Positions 34,011 to 47,317 of a DNA stretch of 64,000 bases are shown here, piece after piece. The DNA is from the human T2T-CHM13v2.0 reference genome, Homo sapiens. A model generated the notes under the pieces. The model searched no databases. It was not told where the DNA came from and worked only from the letters and a program-made list of their open reading frames with translations. The position numbers were made by a program, and so were the translations under genes. How positions within the stretch are numbered: the first letter of the stretch is position 1; the number at the start of each line of letters is the position of its first letter. The stretch lies in assembly GCF_009914755.1 (NCBI RefSeq), contig NC_060931.1. One strand, written 5' to 3'.

Positions 34011-34325
34011 GGCCAGGCGCAGTGGCTCACAGCTGTAATCCCAGCACTCTGGGAGGCCTAGGCAGGTGGATCACCTGAGGCCAGGAGTTAGAGACCAGCC
34101 CGGCCAACATGGCAAAACCCCATCTCTACTAAAAACATAAAAATTAGCCTCATGTGATGGCACACGCCTGTAATCCTAGCTACTTCGGAGGCTAAGGCAT
34201 GAGAATCACTTGAACCCAGGAGGCGGAGGTTGCAGTGAGCTGAGATGAGATCGTGATGCTGCACTCCAGCTTGGGCAACTGAGCAAGACTCACTCAGCCT
34301 CAAAAAAAAAAAAAAAAAAAAAAAA
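34011..34325 (+). mobile_element. AluS SINE (MTPN intron 3)
   Basis: Alu consensus with poly-A. Confidence 0.9.
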
Positions 34326-34959
34326 GATGAACCAGTTTTGAAGTAACTGAAGAATTTAAGTATATTTGGCCCTATCCCTTCCTTGAAGAAACCATTTTTT
34401 AATTGTTTTTAATTATTTGCATAGCTTTAAATAATATACTCATGCTGATATTTGAGCTATAACTTTAGATTTTATCTTTCGACTTCCTGCTACATACATA
34501 GGCCTTTAGCTCACCACTACCACCCTTCCCCAGACCTTCTCAATTTCTTATACTTAAAATATTTTGTTCTTTATAAATGTAAACGATATTTATTTAAACC
34601 TGTATTTCTTGTTCCATCAATTCTCATGAAGTAATTTTATAAGATACTTTCTCAACCTTCCCATCACTCCCTCCACCTCCTAATTTGCCAGCTTTTCTAT
34701 TTTGTCAAGATTAACTTTTATATTCTGGTCTGTAAAAACTGTGTTTTTATCAATTCTTATAGTTAAGTAAGTGATGTTCAAATTATTTCTAGGTAAATAC
34801 TGCTCTTGGTGGCACCTAGCAGACTAATATGACTAGTCATTTTCTCTCTGTTGTTCCAATATTGCAACCCTATGCAATCCTCACAAATGACTGAATCAGA
34901 AGGTAACACTTACAGTAACAGCCTGAGTTTTCCCCAGTCCCACAAACTAATGAATTAAA

Positions 34960-35351
34960 ATGGTTTGGCTCTGTGTCCCCACCCAAATCTCAAGTCAAAC
35001 TATAATTCCCAATGTTGGAGGTGGGGCCTGGTGGGAGGTGACTGGATCACGGGTGCTAATGGTTTGGCACCACCCCTCACCCCCTTGTGCTGTCTTGTGA
35101 TAGAGTAGAGTTCTCATGAGACCTGGTTGCTTAAAAGTGTGTAGCACCTCCCCCTTCACACTCTCTCCTGCCACCATGAGAAGATATGACTGCTTCCCCT
35201 TTGCCTCCTGCCAGGATTGTTAAGTTTCCTGAGGCCTCCCCAGCCATGCCTCTTGTACAGCGTGAGGAACTGTGAGTGAATTAAACCTCTTCTCTTCATA
35301 AATCACTCAGTCTCAGGTAGTTCTCTATAGCAGTGTAAGAACAGACTAATT
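34960..35351 (+). mobile_element. MST MaLR solo LTR
   Basis: tggtttggctctgtgtccccacccaaatctca...aacagactaat. Confidence 0.8.
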
Positions 35352-36421
35352 CATGAACCAATCTGTTACTCTTAAGGTAAATTGCTACCACAGAGAGAAA
35401 CTAAAACACAATGAATTGAACTAAGTTAATTTATTTCTTGCTTATAAAACAGTCTTAGTGCCAAGCACATAGGTTGGCAGGGTGGCTCTGTCCTTAAGGT
35501 CATCTAAGGACCTAAGTTCCTTCCATTCTGTTGATCTCCCATGGGTACACTCCTCACCCATATGTCTGGAGCTGGCTCGTCCTACAGCTGCTTCTAGCCT
35601 TCTAGATAAGGAGAAAAGTCCACAGCAAGTGGCTTCATATTTTGTAATGATTTGGAAGTGACACACATCATTTGTGCATATCCCAGTAGCCTAAAAGTTA
35701 GTTAGACACACAGCCATAATTACTGCAAGGAAAGCTGAGACACAAGGATTACCTAGGCTGCCATGTGGACAACTACAACCTAGGGTTTTCTTTCTAAAGC
35801 ACAAGGAAAAATCAGACATGACAGACAATTTGCAACCTGACCTATACTGTTCTGAAAACACTTTGAAATAAGTCACTAACGTCCTGTAAATGCCAAGTCT
35901 AGTCAACATATATAGTATCTGAACAGTGATATTCCTAACTCATTATGGTCCTAACTCTCAAGACAGTATTATCTCCACATTCTCCTGTCTAGCCTGCCTC
36001 TCCCTCCCACACCAACTCCTTCTACTCTCCCCTGCCTTCCTTTACTTTCTCTGGCTGTCCTTTATACAGGATTCAGGTCTTTAACACTCTTTATAACTTG
36101 CTCAACGTGCTCTTCCTAATCATCTCATCCATGTCCAACCTTTATTGTCCTCATTCTGAGGACTGGCTTTCAGACTTACCTACTTTAAGTTCCATAAATA
36201 CCTTGAATTCAACCTCTCCCAAAATGAATCTGTAATCTTTTCCTATAAACCTTGCTCCTTTTTCAATATTCTCCAACAAGGTGAAGAACACTACCATCTT
36301 CCAGAAGATGTGGAGACAGTATGCAGTTCTTGTTTACTTAAGTCTTCAGACCATACTATTAAGATTTCCCATCTGTCCTTGGTTCTCCATTGCTACCATC
36401 ACTTTTTTAGTTCAGGTATAA

Positions 36422-36742
<321 letters not shown>

Positions 36743-37405
36743 TTTTTTATTACACAACTCTAATTCAGACTCTACATGTTTGGGTGTTCTTTCTCAAATG
36801 CCAGTCTGATCATACTGTTCATATACCTAAAAGCCTTTAATGGCATTCTCACGAAATAGAATAAAGATAAATAACATGACACATAAAGGCATAATCTGTT
36901 CACTACCTACCTCTCTAGTCATAGGCCTTGCTAAATCCTTTCTACCTGACTGTGTGGCTACGCCAAACAACGTACTGTACTCTAATACATCATGGTTTCT
37001 TTCTTGTCCCTGTGACTTTTCTCATTGTTGCTTCTGCTTGGGATGGTGCCCCAATTCTCTACTGGACTCTTAGACACTAAGTTTCTAAGGTTCAGCTCAA
37101 GTGTCAACTGCTTTATGAAATTACAATTGTGGTACCTGGAGCTGTAATGACATTCTTATTCATAACACACTATCCCCTTAACTTCCAAGACCACAATTGC
37201 CCTCTTCTTCCTTCGGGTCTTTACACATTGCATATAACTCTTGTCACAGCAACCACAATGCTTCAAGGCACTGATTGTTTTACATATTTGTCTCCTTTTA
37301 CCAGACTAACTATGTTGAGGGCAGGAACAAGGCTTATTAGTCTTTGCGATCCCAAGGCCTTGCACAGGCCCAATAAGAGGTAATCAATACATGTTTATTG
37401 ATACA

Positions 37406-37756
<351 letters not shown>

Positions 37757-38571
37757 TTAAATTGGCAGATTTAAAGACAGACTGCTGTGAATATATCAAC
37801 AAAGCATTTCCATTGTGAACAGGCTGCCTGCCTACTAGCACACTATATAACATACCCACTTATTTTCAGGTAATTGCAACATAGAAGTCCCTTTATTGCT
37901 GACATCTGATTACAATCAGAACTAGGTTCATTTGCCTACAGCATGATTCTGCTGATTTTTCTGAAGTTTTCTGGAGGAGAAAAAGGTTGCTATGGCCAAG
38001 TTAAAGTGACCCAAACAGACAGGCTGTTTGTCATTCTAGGGAGTAAACGTTTTTAAGGCATTGCAAGTAATTTATTGATCTTCAAATGCCACACTTGTAG
38101 ATAATCAAGTATTATTTGATAGTGTGAGGTCAAACATGCAGAATGTTTAAAAAAACTTCAAGTCATGCTATCTCCACCCATAAATAATTTACAATCTAGC
38201 TGGAAAGATAAGATATACCCACATGAAACAACAAGAACATATCTTTACCTGCTTGTCACCTTTATCTACTTCTTACTTCAGACAGCCTAATTCCCCTGTA
38301 TATTATCAGTTCTTAGCATGTAAAAATAGGCCAAGAAAACTGGATTAGTAACATTTTAAGGATGAAACTCTCAAACTCCTCAGAGGTTATCTGACATTAT
38401 CTTGACAAGAGGCTTTTGTCAAGGTTTTGAAGATGCTGATTATAGTTATACTGATAAATTGACAGAATAACAAGCAGCTTTGTTTCCATGCAAAATTTAA
38501 AAAATTTACAAATAAAATCAGGCAAAAAATTAGCACTTCTATATATATATAGATCTCCAAGTGCTAACTGG

Positions 38572-38574
<3 letters not shown>

Positions 38575-38603
<29 letters not shown>
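38575..38603. repeat. (CA)n microsatellite
   Basis: Direct reading. Confidence 0.95.
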
Positions 38604-38607
<4 letters not shown>

Positions 38608-38655
38608 CCTCTCTCTCTCTCTTGAACCAAATATAAATACAGTCAACTACATATA

Positions 38656-39426
38656 TAGTCATCCCTCTGTGTGTGAGGGGGATTGGTTCCTAACTCCCTC
38701 TTGGATACCCAAATCCCTTATATAAAATGGCTTAGGATTTGCATATAACATACACACTTTATATACTTTTGTATACTTTAAATTATCTATAGATTACTTA
38801 TAATACCTAATACAACGTAAACACTATATAAATACACTTGACCCTTGAACGACATGGGTTTGAACTGTGCAGGTCCAATTATAAGCAGATATTTTTCAAT
38901 AAAAGTTACATGGAGTGTGCCTGCCTCTCCTGTCCCTCCTTCCACCTCTTCCTCCTCTGAGACAGCAAGACCAACCCCCAATTCCTCCTCCTCAAGCTAC
39001 TTGAAGCAAAGAAAATGAGGATAAAGGTCTTTATGGTAACCTACTTCCACTTAATGAATAGTAAATGTAGTTTGTCTTTGTAATGATTTTCTTAATAGTC
39101 TTTTCTCCAGCTTACTTTACTGTAACAATGAAGTATATAACTCATACAAAAAATATGTGTTGACTGTCTGTTTATGTCATCTATATGCTTCCGGTGAACA
39201 GTAAGCTATTAGTTTTTTGGGAGTCAAAAATTCTATGTGGATTTTTGACTGTGCAGGGGTTGGCAACCCTAAACCCCTGCATTGTTCAAGGGTCACCCAG
39301 TTGTTATACTGTATTGCTTTTTAATTTATATTATTTGTAATTATTGTGCTATTATTTTTCTGAATCTATTTTTGATCTGTGGTTGAATCCATGGATGCAA
39401 AACCTATGGCTATGGAGGGCAAACTG
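38656..39426. mobile_element. MER2-like element with nested Tigger2a-like insertion (38835-39299)
   Basis: Outer ends agtcatccctc...gagggcaaactg; inner cacttgacccttgaac...ttgttcaagggtca inserted after TA. Confidence 0.78.
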
Positions 39427-42400
39427 TGTGTTATCTCTACATATGCATATGGATTTACCTATCTACATATACACACAGATAAACACACACACATACCCTT
39501 CCCCCTTGGAATATAACCAATTACTTCAGAAAATTTTCTTTAGCAACCATGGTTTTGAATGGTCAATTCACTTTGGAAAGAAAGCAATTTAGAATCAAAT
39601 ACAAAACAAATATCTGAAAGGACTAAGACTGCAGTTGAGGATTAAAGTCAATTCAAGGAATATTTGCAATGTTTCTAGTTTAACATTTTATGACAGACAC
39701 TTATCAGGTCAGGATTCTAGCAACCTTATGTTGATTTGAACTGACAGGAAGTGAATATAAAACTTTAAAAAACCATTGAAACAGCTTTACAGAGTTCAAG
39801 CTCTTCATCATTCCATAGAAGCATGCTGGTGTCCTCACTCAGAAATTTTTATTTCAAACACAGACCTTCTCAGTCAAAATTAAATCAGAAACAGAAAACA
39901 GAAAGGAGAGAAGGCCTACTGAAGACGGTCACACTAACAACAGTAACATCTGACAAGAGCTTGACATGACTATAGTAAGAAAGAAACCAAGACTGAGCCC
40001 GGCTAAAGCTTAGCTAGTGTAAGGACAATTAACCAAAACTTCAACAGACCCCCGAGGGTTGGATGCTGGTAAGGCTTCAAGGAAATCATCATGTCTTGTT
40101 ACTCTGCTTAAGAGAAAAGTATATAATACCCTTAAGAAATTTTCTATCCAAAATAGTTATTTTTTACCCTTATAAAGGCTTTTTTTCCCCCCACAGTACT
40201 TGTTACTACCTGAAATTAAGTTACATTTATTGGTATACCTGTTTACTCTGCCTTCCCTCTAGAAAATGAGGTGTTACTCTGCCTTCCCTCTAGAAAATGA
40301 GGTGTCCAAGAGCGGAGGATCTGTTTACCTTGTTAACTCCTATATCCCCAGTATTTAAATGAATACAGTGTGTACTTCCTTTTGATATTAAATGTCTCAT
40401 GAAGACTTCGAAAAACGTAAAGCATCAAAGACATTCTTTATTCTTTCCCTGGAACCACCCAATTACCTCTCATTCAATTGTTAGATTCTCTGTGAAGCCT
40501 GCTGGGATTTCCCAGGCAGCTGGTGCCCTGGAGATCACAGGTCAGTACTGTAGCTCACTCAGCATCTGACACAACCCACTTCCAACCCGTTCTTCTTTGC
40601 TTTCCTCTACTACAGAGGTTGAAAATAAGTGAAATCCTCAGACTCCCTTAAAGCTACAGGTGACTATCTGACCTAATTTTGGCCTTAGCTCTTTCCCCCC
40701 TCTTCCTGTTGTCAACAGACACAATGCCTGGCGGTTCAGTAGTTATCTTGTGACCATAAGGATTGGGGAAAATGGGGGCGGGGGGGGGGGGGGGGCGGGT
40801 GCGTGGGGCGGGTGCCCAGTGTGGGATATCAACAACATACACAGCGGAGCCAGTCACTTAGCCTTGGACTGCACATCTTCAGACTTTCTCGTTTAGATCA
40901 TTGTAGTAAGGGTTTTTGTTACTCATGGCTAAACTCCACCTTTCTTAGGGAACTTACCACAGTCTGTAATTAACCATTAACAGGTATGTCTTCCCCAAAT
41001 TAGGCTGAGCTCCATGAAGGAAGGGGTCCTGTTATATTTGTCCCTATAGCTTTAATACCTAGGATAATGCCTTGTAGCCAGCAGATGCTCAATAAATATT
41101 AAATGAAAAAAATTCACATCTGGGTCATAGTAACAGAAATATTACCCTTAGTGAACACAAGCATCCAAATTAAAAGGAAAAATTATTTTTTTAAAAATAC
41201 TATCTTGTCTAAGTATGTACTACTGTATCATTAGAAAGAATACTGTCAATTATTTTGAATCAATTTATATGCATTTTAGAACAGTCTTGAGAAACTACTA
41301 TACTCACAAAGAACTCCATTATCTCATGATTTGAGGCAACTGTTTGTAGTTCCATGGTACTATGAGAAAATGTTCAGAATCTGAAAACCTTACACTGTTT
41401 AAATATATACTTAAATATTACCATAGAACTTAAACATATGATTCAATTTCGGAAACTACTAAAAATGGATTTGGTATTTAGTGACATTAAAAATTATTCA
41501 AATACCTACAATTATACATACTTTGCAATTTTATCTACTGGTGCAGGATGATTTCATAGCACATTTAATTTCATATTTAATTTACATATTGATACAGGAG
41601 ACAGAGTAAAGACAATTTCTGGTCTTTACTAGACCTATAAGGTCTAACATAATACAAAACACAGTGATTGTTACCTCCCTTACATTTTTCGTAGCAGTTT
41701 TGAGTTTTTAATGTAACAGTAAAAATATGTAACCACATGTTTCTCACAGCAGTCCCCTGAAGTGGACATTGTTAACTCCATTTTGTAGACAGGCTCTCAA
41801 GCTCAGTTAAGAAACTTGCCCAAGGTCAGTCAACAAATACGAAAACTAGAACCATCTGACTCCAAATTTTGTATTCTATACCACATTTAGTTGAAAATTA
41901 CCCATGGCCTCTCCCCCCAAAATGTTAGGGACAAGACTAGATTTTGGAATTTATTACCTTTAGATATCTGCAGCTTATTTGTATCTTACAGAAAATAAAA
42001 GAACTGTGGGATGGCACACATATGACTTGTCATCTGTTGCACACTCTGACACCACAGCATCTTTTCATAGACACTCAATTCACAAGTCCATTCTGTGAAT
42101 CTTTACTGAGTTTCTATTAAGTGGCAGATACAGCTTTGGTAAATAAAATGTTACTGGAACATACCTAGGCTCATTCATTTACATGTTGCTTATGGCTGCT
42201 TTTGCATCACAGTGGCAGAGATGAGAAGCTTTAATGGAGACCATAAGGCACAGAAAGCCCCAAATGTTTACTACCTGGCCCTTAACAGAAAATGTTTACT
42301 ACCTGGCCCTTAATAGAAAATGTTTGTTGCCCACTGTTCTAGGGCATTAGGGAGAATCAGAGACTAGTTCTCATATATTTCATAAATAGTGTGGCAAGTA

Positions 42401-42965
42401 CTAAAAATAGGAAAGACCATTACCTTCTTTGATTCTCAGAATAATCCTGGGGTATGAATACTATTAAACCCACTGAGTTCAGATGTCAAGTGATTTACTA
42501 GCTATGAAGTTACAGAACCAGGCCTTAAATCTAGGTTTACTAACTTCATTGCCAAGCTCCTCTATCTGCACCACTCTGCTTCTCCAACAATGGGGAATGT
42601 CATATGAACCAAAGCATTTGTTGAGAACTTTAATTTACCAAGTGGGTTAAGTGTTGATGCTGTTGTCTCATCTCTTTAACTTTTCCAAAAATTCAATTCT
42701 TAAAATGTCAATTAAAATCTAAAGAGGCAGGTACTTCAAGTTTTCCAAGCAGCTGCTCAAACTTACTCAAATGACAAAAACTAACAAATGAGACTCACAC
42801 ACATGTGAGCAATGAGACATTTTATGTTTCGTTTTATTCCTTATTTGAACACAGTTAACTATAGTTCATTTTCAGTTGCATATATAATGGTCTTGGATTT
42901 GTTCTTATGGTACCCCTAGTAAAAATATGATTTTAATATCACTATAGCAATCATATTTAACATGA

Positions 42966-43426
<461 letters not shown>

Positions 43427-45600
43427 TAAGTTTCAGACAAAAAAGTATGTCCACACTTGAAAGAAAGTTCTTCTCATAAAGTTAATTTTCTTCAGGGAAC
43501 CCTCATTCCTACAGCAAGTCTTTCCTTTCCTGAGAAGCACATCAATCCTAAAGTCTTTGTACTTGCTGAGAACTCATGATGTGCTCGGCATTTCAGCGAG
43601 TGGCTTATACACATTATCTCACTTGAGTACTTGGCTATACTGAGAGGCAGTATAATGTAATGGTTACAGACACAGGCTCTAGAGCAAAATTGACTGGATT
43701 TGAATTCCAATTCCCCTTCTTGCTAGTTGTGTGATGCTGGGCAAATTTCCTAAATCATTTTGTGCCTCTGTTTCCCCAGTGGTAAAATGGATTAAAAAAA
43801 TATTTTATAAGACTACTACGGTGATTAAATAAGTTAATATACACAAAGCCCTCAAAACTGTACTTGTACATAGGAAATGTCATTTAACTGTGAGCTATTT
43901 TATCCTCATATCAACTCTATGTGATAAATACAGGCCTATGTTACAGAAGAGAAAGCTTAGGCTGAGATATTAAGAAACTTGCTCAAACCCAGAGTTATTA
44001 AGCAGAACTGAGAACTAAACTTGTGTGTGTGTAGGTGTGTGGCACCCCAGCACATAGCACAGATCACTAACAGAAGCTAAAATGATGTGCTGTAGTCTAA
44101 AAGAGCTAAACAGTTAACGACAATGAACTTACACCGTGGGCATACTTGTGTATGAGATTTGTGAAACCTATCAAAACAGTCTAACAATTGGTTCTTCAGT
44201 TATTTATGGGGTAAATCTTGTAGATATATCACTCTGGTAGGCCCTTTATGACACAGTTTCTTAAAAATAAGACAATTCAGTAAGGCACTGCTGAGCTCTT
44301 TGAGGAAGACCAGTCCTAAAACTTTTTTGAAACCCAACTTGACCATGTTATATGGAACAGAATTTTGGGGTTCCAAATAATCCTAAAATGTGAGTGGGGG
44401 AATATCTGAAGCTATTCAGATTTTATTGGAGGTATGGTAGTAATTCAAGTAACAAATAGTAATTCAAGTAAATATTTGTTCTGCCTGCAGGCACGCCAAT
44501 TTGCTTATGCTAAAAAGGGCTAACTTTCAGCCCTTATATCTTACACATTTGATTCCCAATTCAAGTAGCAATTCTGCACCACAGACACTTCCCTGAGGAG
44601 TCAACAATGCTGATACTTGAGAGGGATATTCAAGTTTTACTAACTGGCTACGTGATTAAAAAGAAAAAGCACAGAAAATACATTTATCAAAAACATGAAT
44701 GTTACCAGACAAGATGGTTTTTTCTATTTCCTCAGCAGACTGAATTTCAGTATTTTTAAATCTCTATAGCAATTATACATAAAACATAAAACATTTTGAC
44801 TTCCTTTAAATAAGAATGCAGTTGAGTATACCTTTGTTCTCAAGCCAGGAATAGTTAACTTACAGAGTGGTCTGAAACAGCTGAGTCACTAAAATTAGCG
44901 CTGCATAACCATCAGTGGTATATTATATATAGTTGTTGTTGTAAGATTAGAGTTGGCTTCCTGAGGAGATAAATTCTTTTGACACAGAAGCAGAGAAAAA
45001 AAGGAAAACAAAAAAGCAGTTCTTTTGGGCTTTCTCCTCTCAGGTATAGCTCAGTGTGCTAAATATCACTAGTAACAAAATGATAGCTTATAATAACAAA
45101 TTAAGTATGCTGTCAGATTATTTTTGTAATCTAAGAATAAAACTGCAATGTTTTGAAACTTTCATTGAATTCTCAACTCATGGGATTCTGATTCTCTCAT
45201 GCTGGGGTATAACTTTTTCTATTTATTTATAAGAATTCGTATTTCTATAGGCGATTGAGAGGTCATTTTTAATAGCAGTATATACCATGTAAGGCATGGA
45301 GTGTAAATACACCAGCATAAATGACTGAAAGCTTATCTGTCTAAATTCTAAATTATAGCAAATATAACATCTTTAAATGATTGATAAAAGAAGTAAATAA
45401 TTAGGATATTTCCCCACAATACCCCATAGTTGATTATTTAGAAATAGTATTCCTTAGGATTAGGAATACTGAACTTCTTAAAGTTCTTTATTAAAATTAT
45501 AAGGAATTATGTACATTATATGGAATTTTAATGAGTATTATAGAAAATATAATCTTCAATATTATATGTATTATGTTAATATTAGAAATGTGCAACATGA

Positions 45601-45885
45601 GGCCAGGCGTGGTGGCTCGCGCCTGTAATCCCAGCACTTTGGGAGGCCGAGGCAGGCGGATCACCTGAGGTCAGGAGTTTGAGACCAGCCTGGTCAACAT
45701 GGCAAAACCCCCGTCTCTACTAAAAATATAAAAATTAGCTGAGTGTGGTAATCCCAGCTACTTGGGAGGCTGAGGCAGGAGAAGTGCCTGAACCTGTGAG
45801 CCGAGATCACGCCATTGCACTCCAGCCTGGGGGACAGAGGGAGACTCTGTCTCAAAAAAATAAATAAATAAAATAAAATGAAAAT
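45601..45885 (+). mobile_element. AluS SINE with two small internal deletions
   Basis: Alu consensus; TSD aaatgtgc(a/c)acatga at 45586-45600 and 45886-45900. Confidence 0.88.
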
Positions 45886-45996
45886 AAATGTGCCACATGA
45901 TAGTGTATTAATACTACAGGCAAACTACTATTATTTCTCTTACAGAATTGTCAAAACTATATTAAGATGTCCAATTATATGTAACTGTGAAAAATA

Positions 45997-47317
45997 TAGT
46001 AGTCTCCTTTTATCTGTAGGAGACATATTTCAAGACCTCCAATGGATGCCTTGAAACCACAGACAGTAATGAACCCTAATATATACAGCCACATGTCACT
46101 TAACAAGGGAATTTCATCATTGTGTGAACATCATAGAGTGTCCTTACATAAACCTAGATGGTATGGCCTACTACACACGTAGGATATATGTTATAGCCTA
46201 TTGCTCCTAGGCTACAAACCTATATCCAGTATGTTACTGTACTGAATATTATAGGCAGCTGTAACACGATGGTAAGTATTTGTGTATCTAAACATAGAAA
46301 AGGTATGGTAAAAATACAGTATAAAAGATAAAAATGGTACACCTGTATAGGGCACTCATCATCAATGAAGCCTGCAGGACTGGAGGTTGTTCTGAGTGAG
46401 ATGAGTGGTGAGTGAAGGTGAAGGCCTAGGACATTACTACACACTACTATAGACTTTACAAACACTGTATACTTAGGCTACACTAAATTTATAAGAAAAA
46501 TTTTCTTTTTTCAGCAATAAATTAACCTTAGCTCACTGTAACTTTTTTACTTTATAAACTTTTAAATGTCTTTAACATTTTGACTGTTTTGTAATAAAGC
46601 TTAGCTTAAAACACAAGTACACTGCACAGCTGTAGAAAAATATTTTCTTTTATATTCTTATTCTGTAAGTTTTTATCTAATTAAAAATTTTTTAAAACTT
46701 TTTTGTTGAAAACTAACATACACACAAACACGAGCCTAGACCTAGACCTACACAGGGTCAGGATCATCAATATCACTTTTTCCACCTCCATATCTTGTCC
46801 CATTGGAAGATTTTCAGGGGCAAGAGAATACATGGAGCTGTCAACTCGTATGATAAAAATGCCTTTTTCTAGAATACCTCCTGAAGGACATGCCTGAAGT
46901 TCTTTTACATTAACTTTTTTTTTAATAAGTAGAAGAAACTCTAGTCTAAAATAAGAATAAAAAGCATAGTATAGTAAATACATAAACATATAACACAGTC
47001 ATTACCAAGCATTATGTATGACCAGCAGTGAGGTAGGTTTGTTTACACCAGCATCTCCATAAGCACACTGTTGACTGAAACGTCATTATATGGCACATGA
47101 CTGCACTATGTTTTTTCCTATACACACATACCTATGATAAAGTTTAATTTATAAATTAGGCACAGGAAGAAATAATAATAATAAAATAGAACAACTATAA
47201 CATGCTAATAAAAGTTAACTGTAATAAAAGTTATGGTAATGTGGTGTCTCTCTCACAAAGTATCTTAGTAATGTACTCACCATGACCATGGGTAACTGCA
47301 GAAAAGGGGGACTACTG
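45997..47317. mobile_element. MER44/Tigger7-like element with nested Tigger3 (Golem)-like insertion (46086-47103)
   Basis: Outer ends tagtagtctcc...gggggactactg; inner cagccacatg...ggcacatgactg interrupting the MER44 tatata|ctatgttttttcc motif. Confidence 0.75.
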
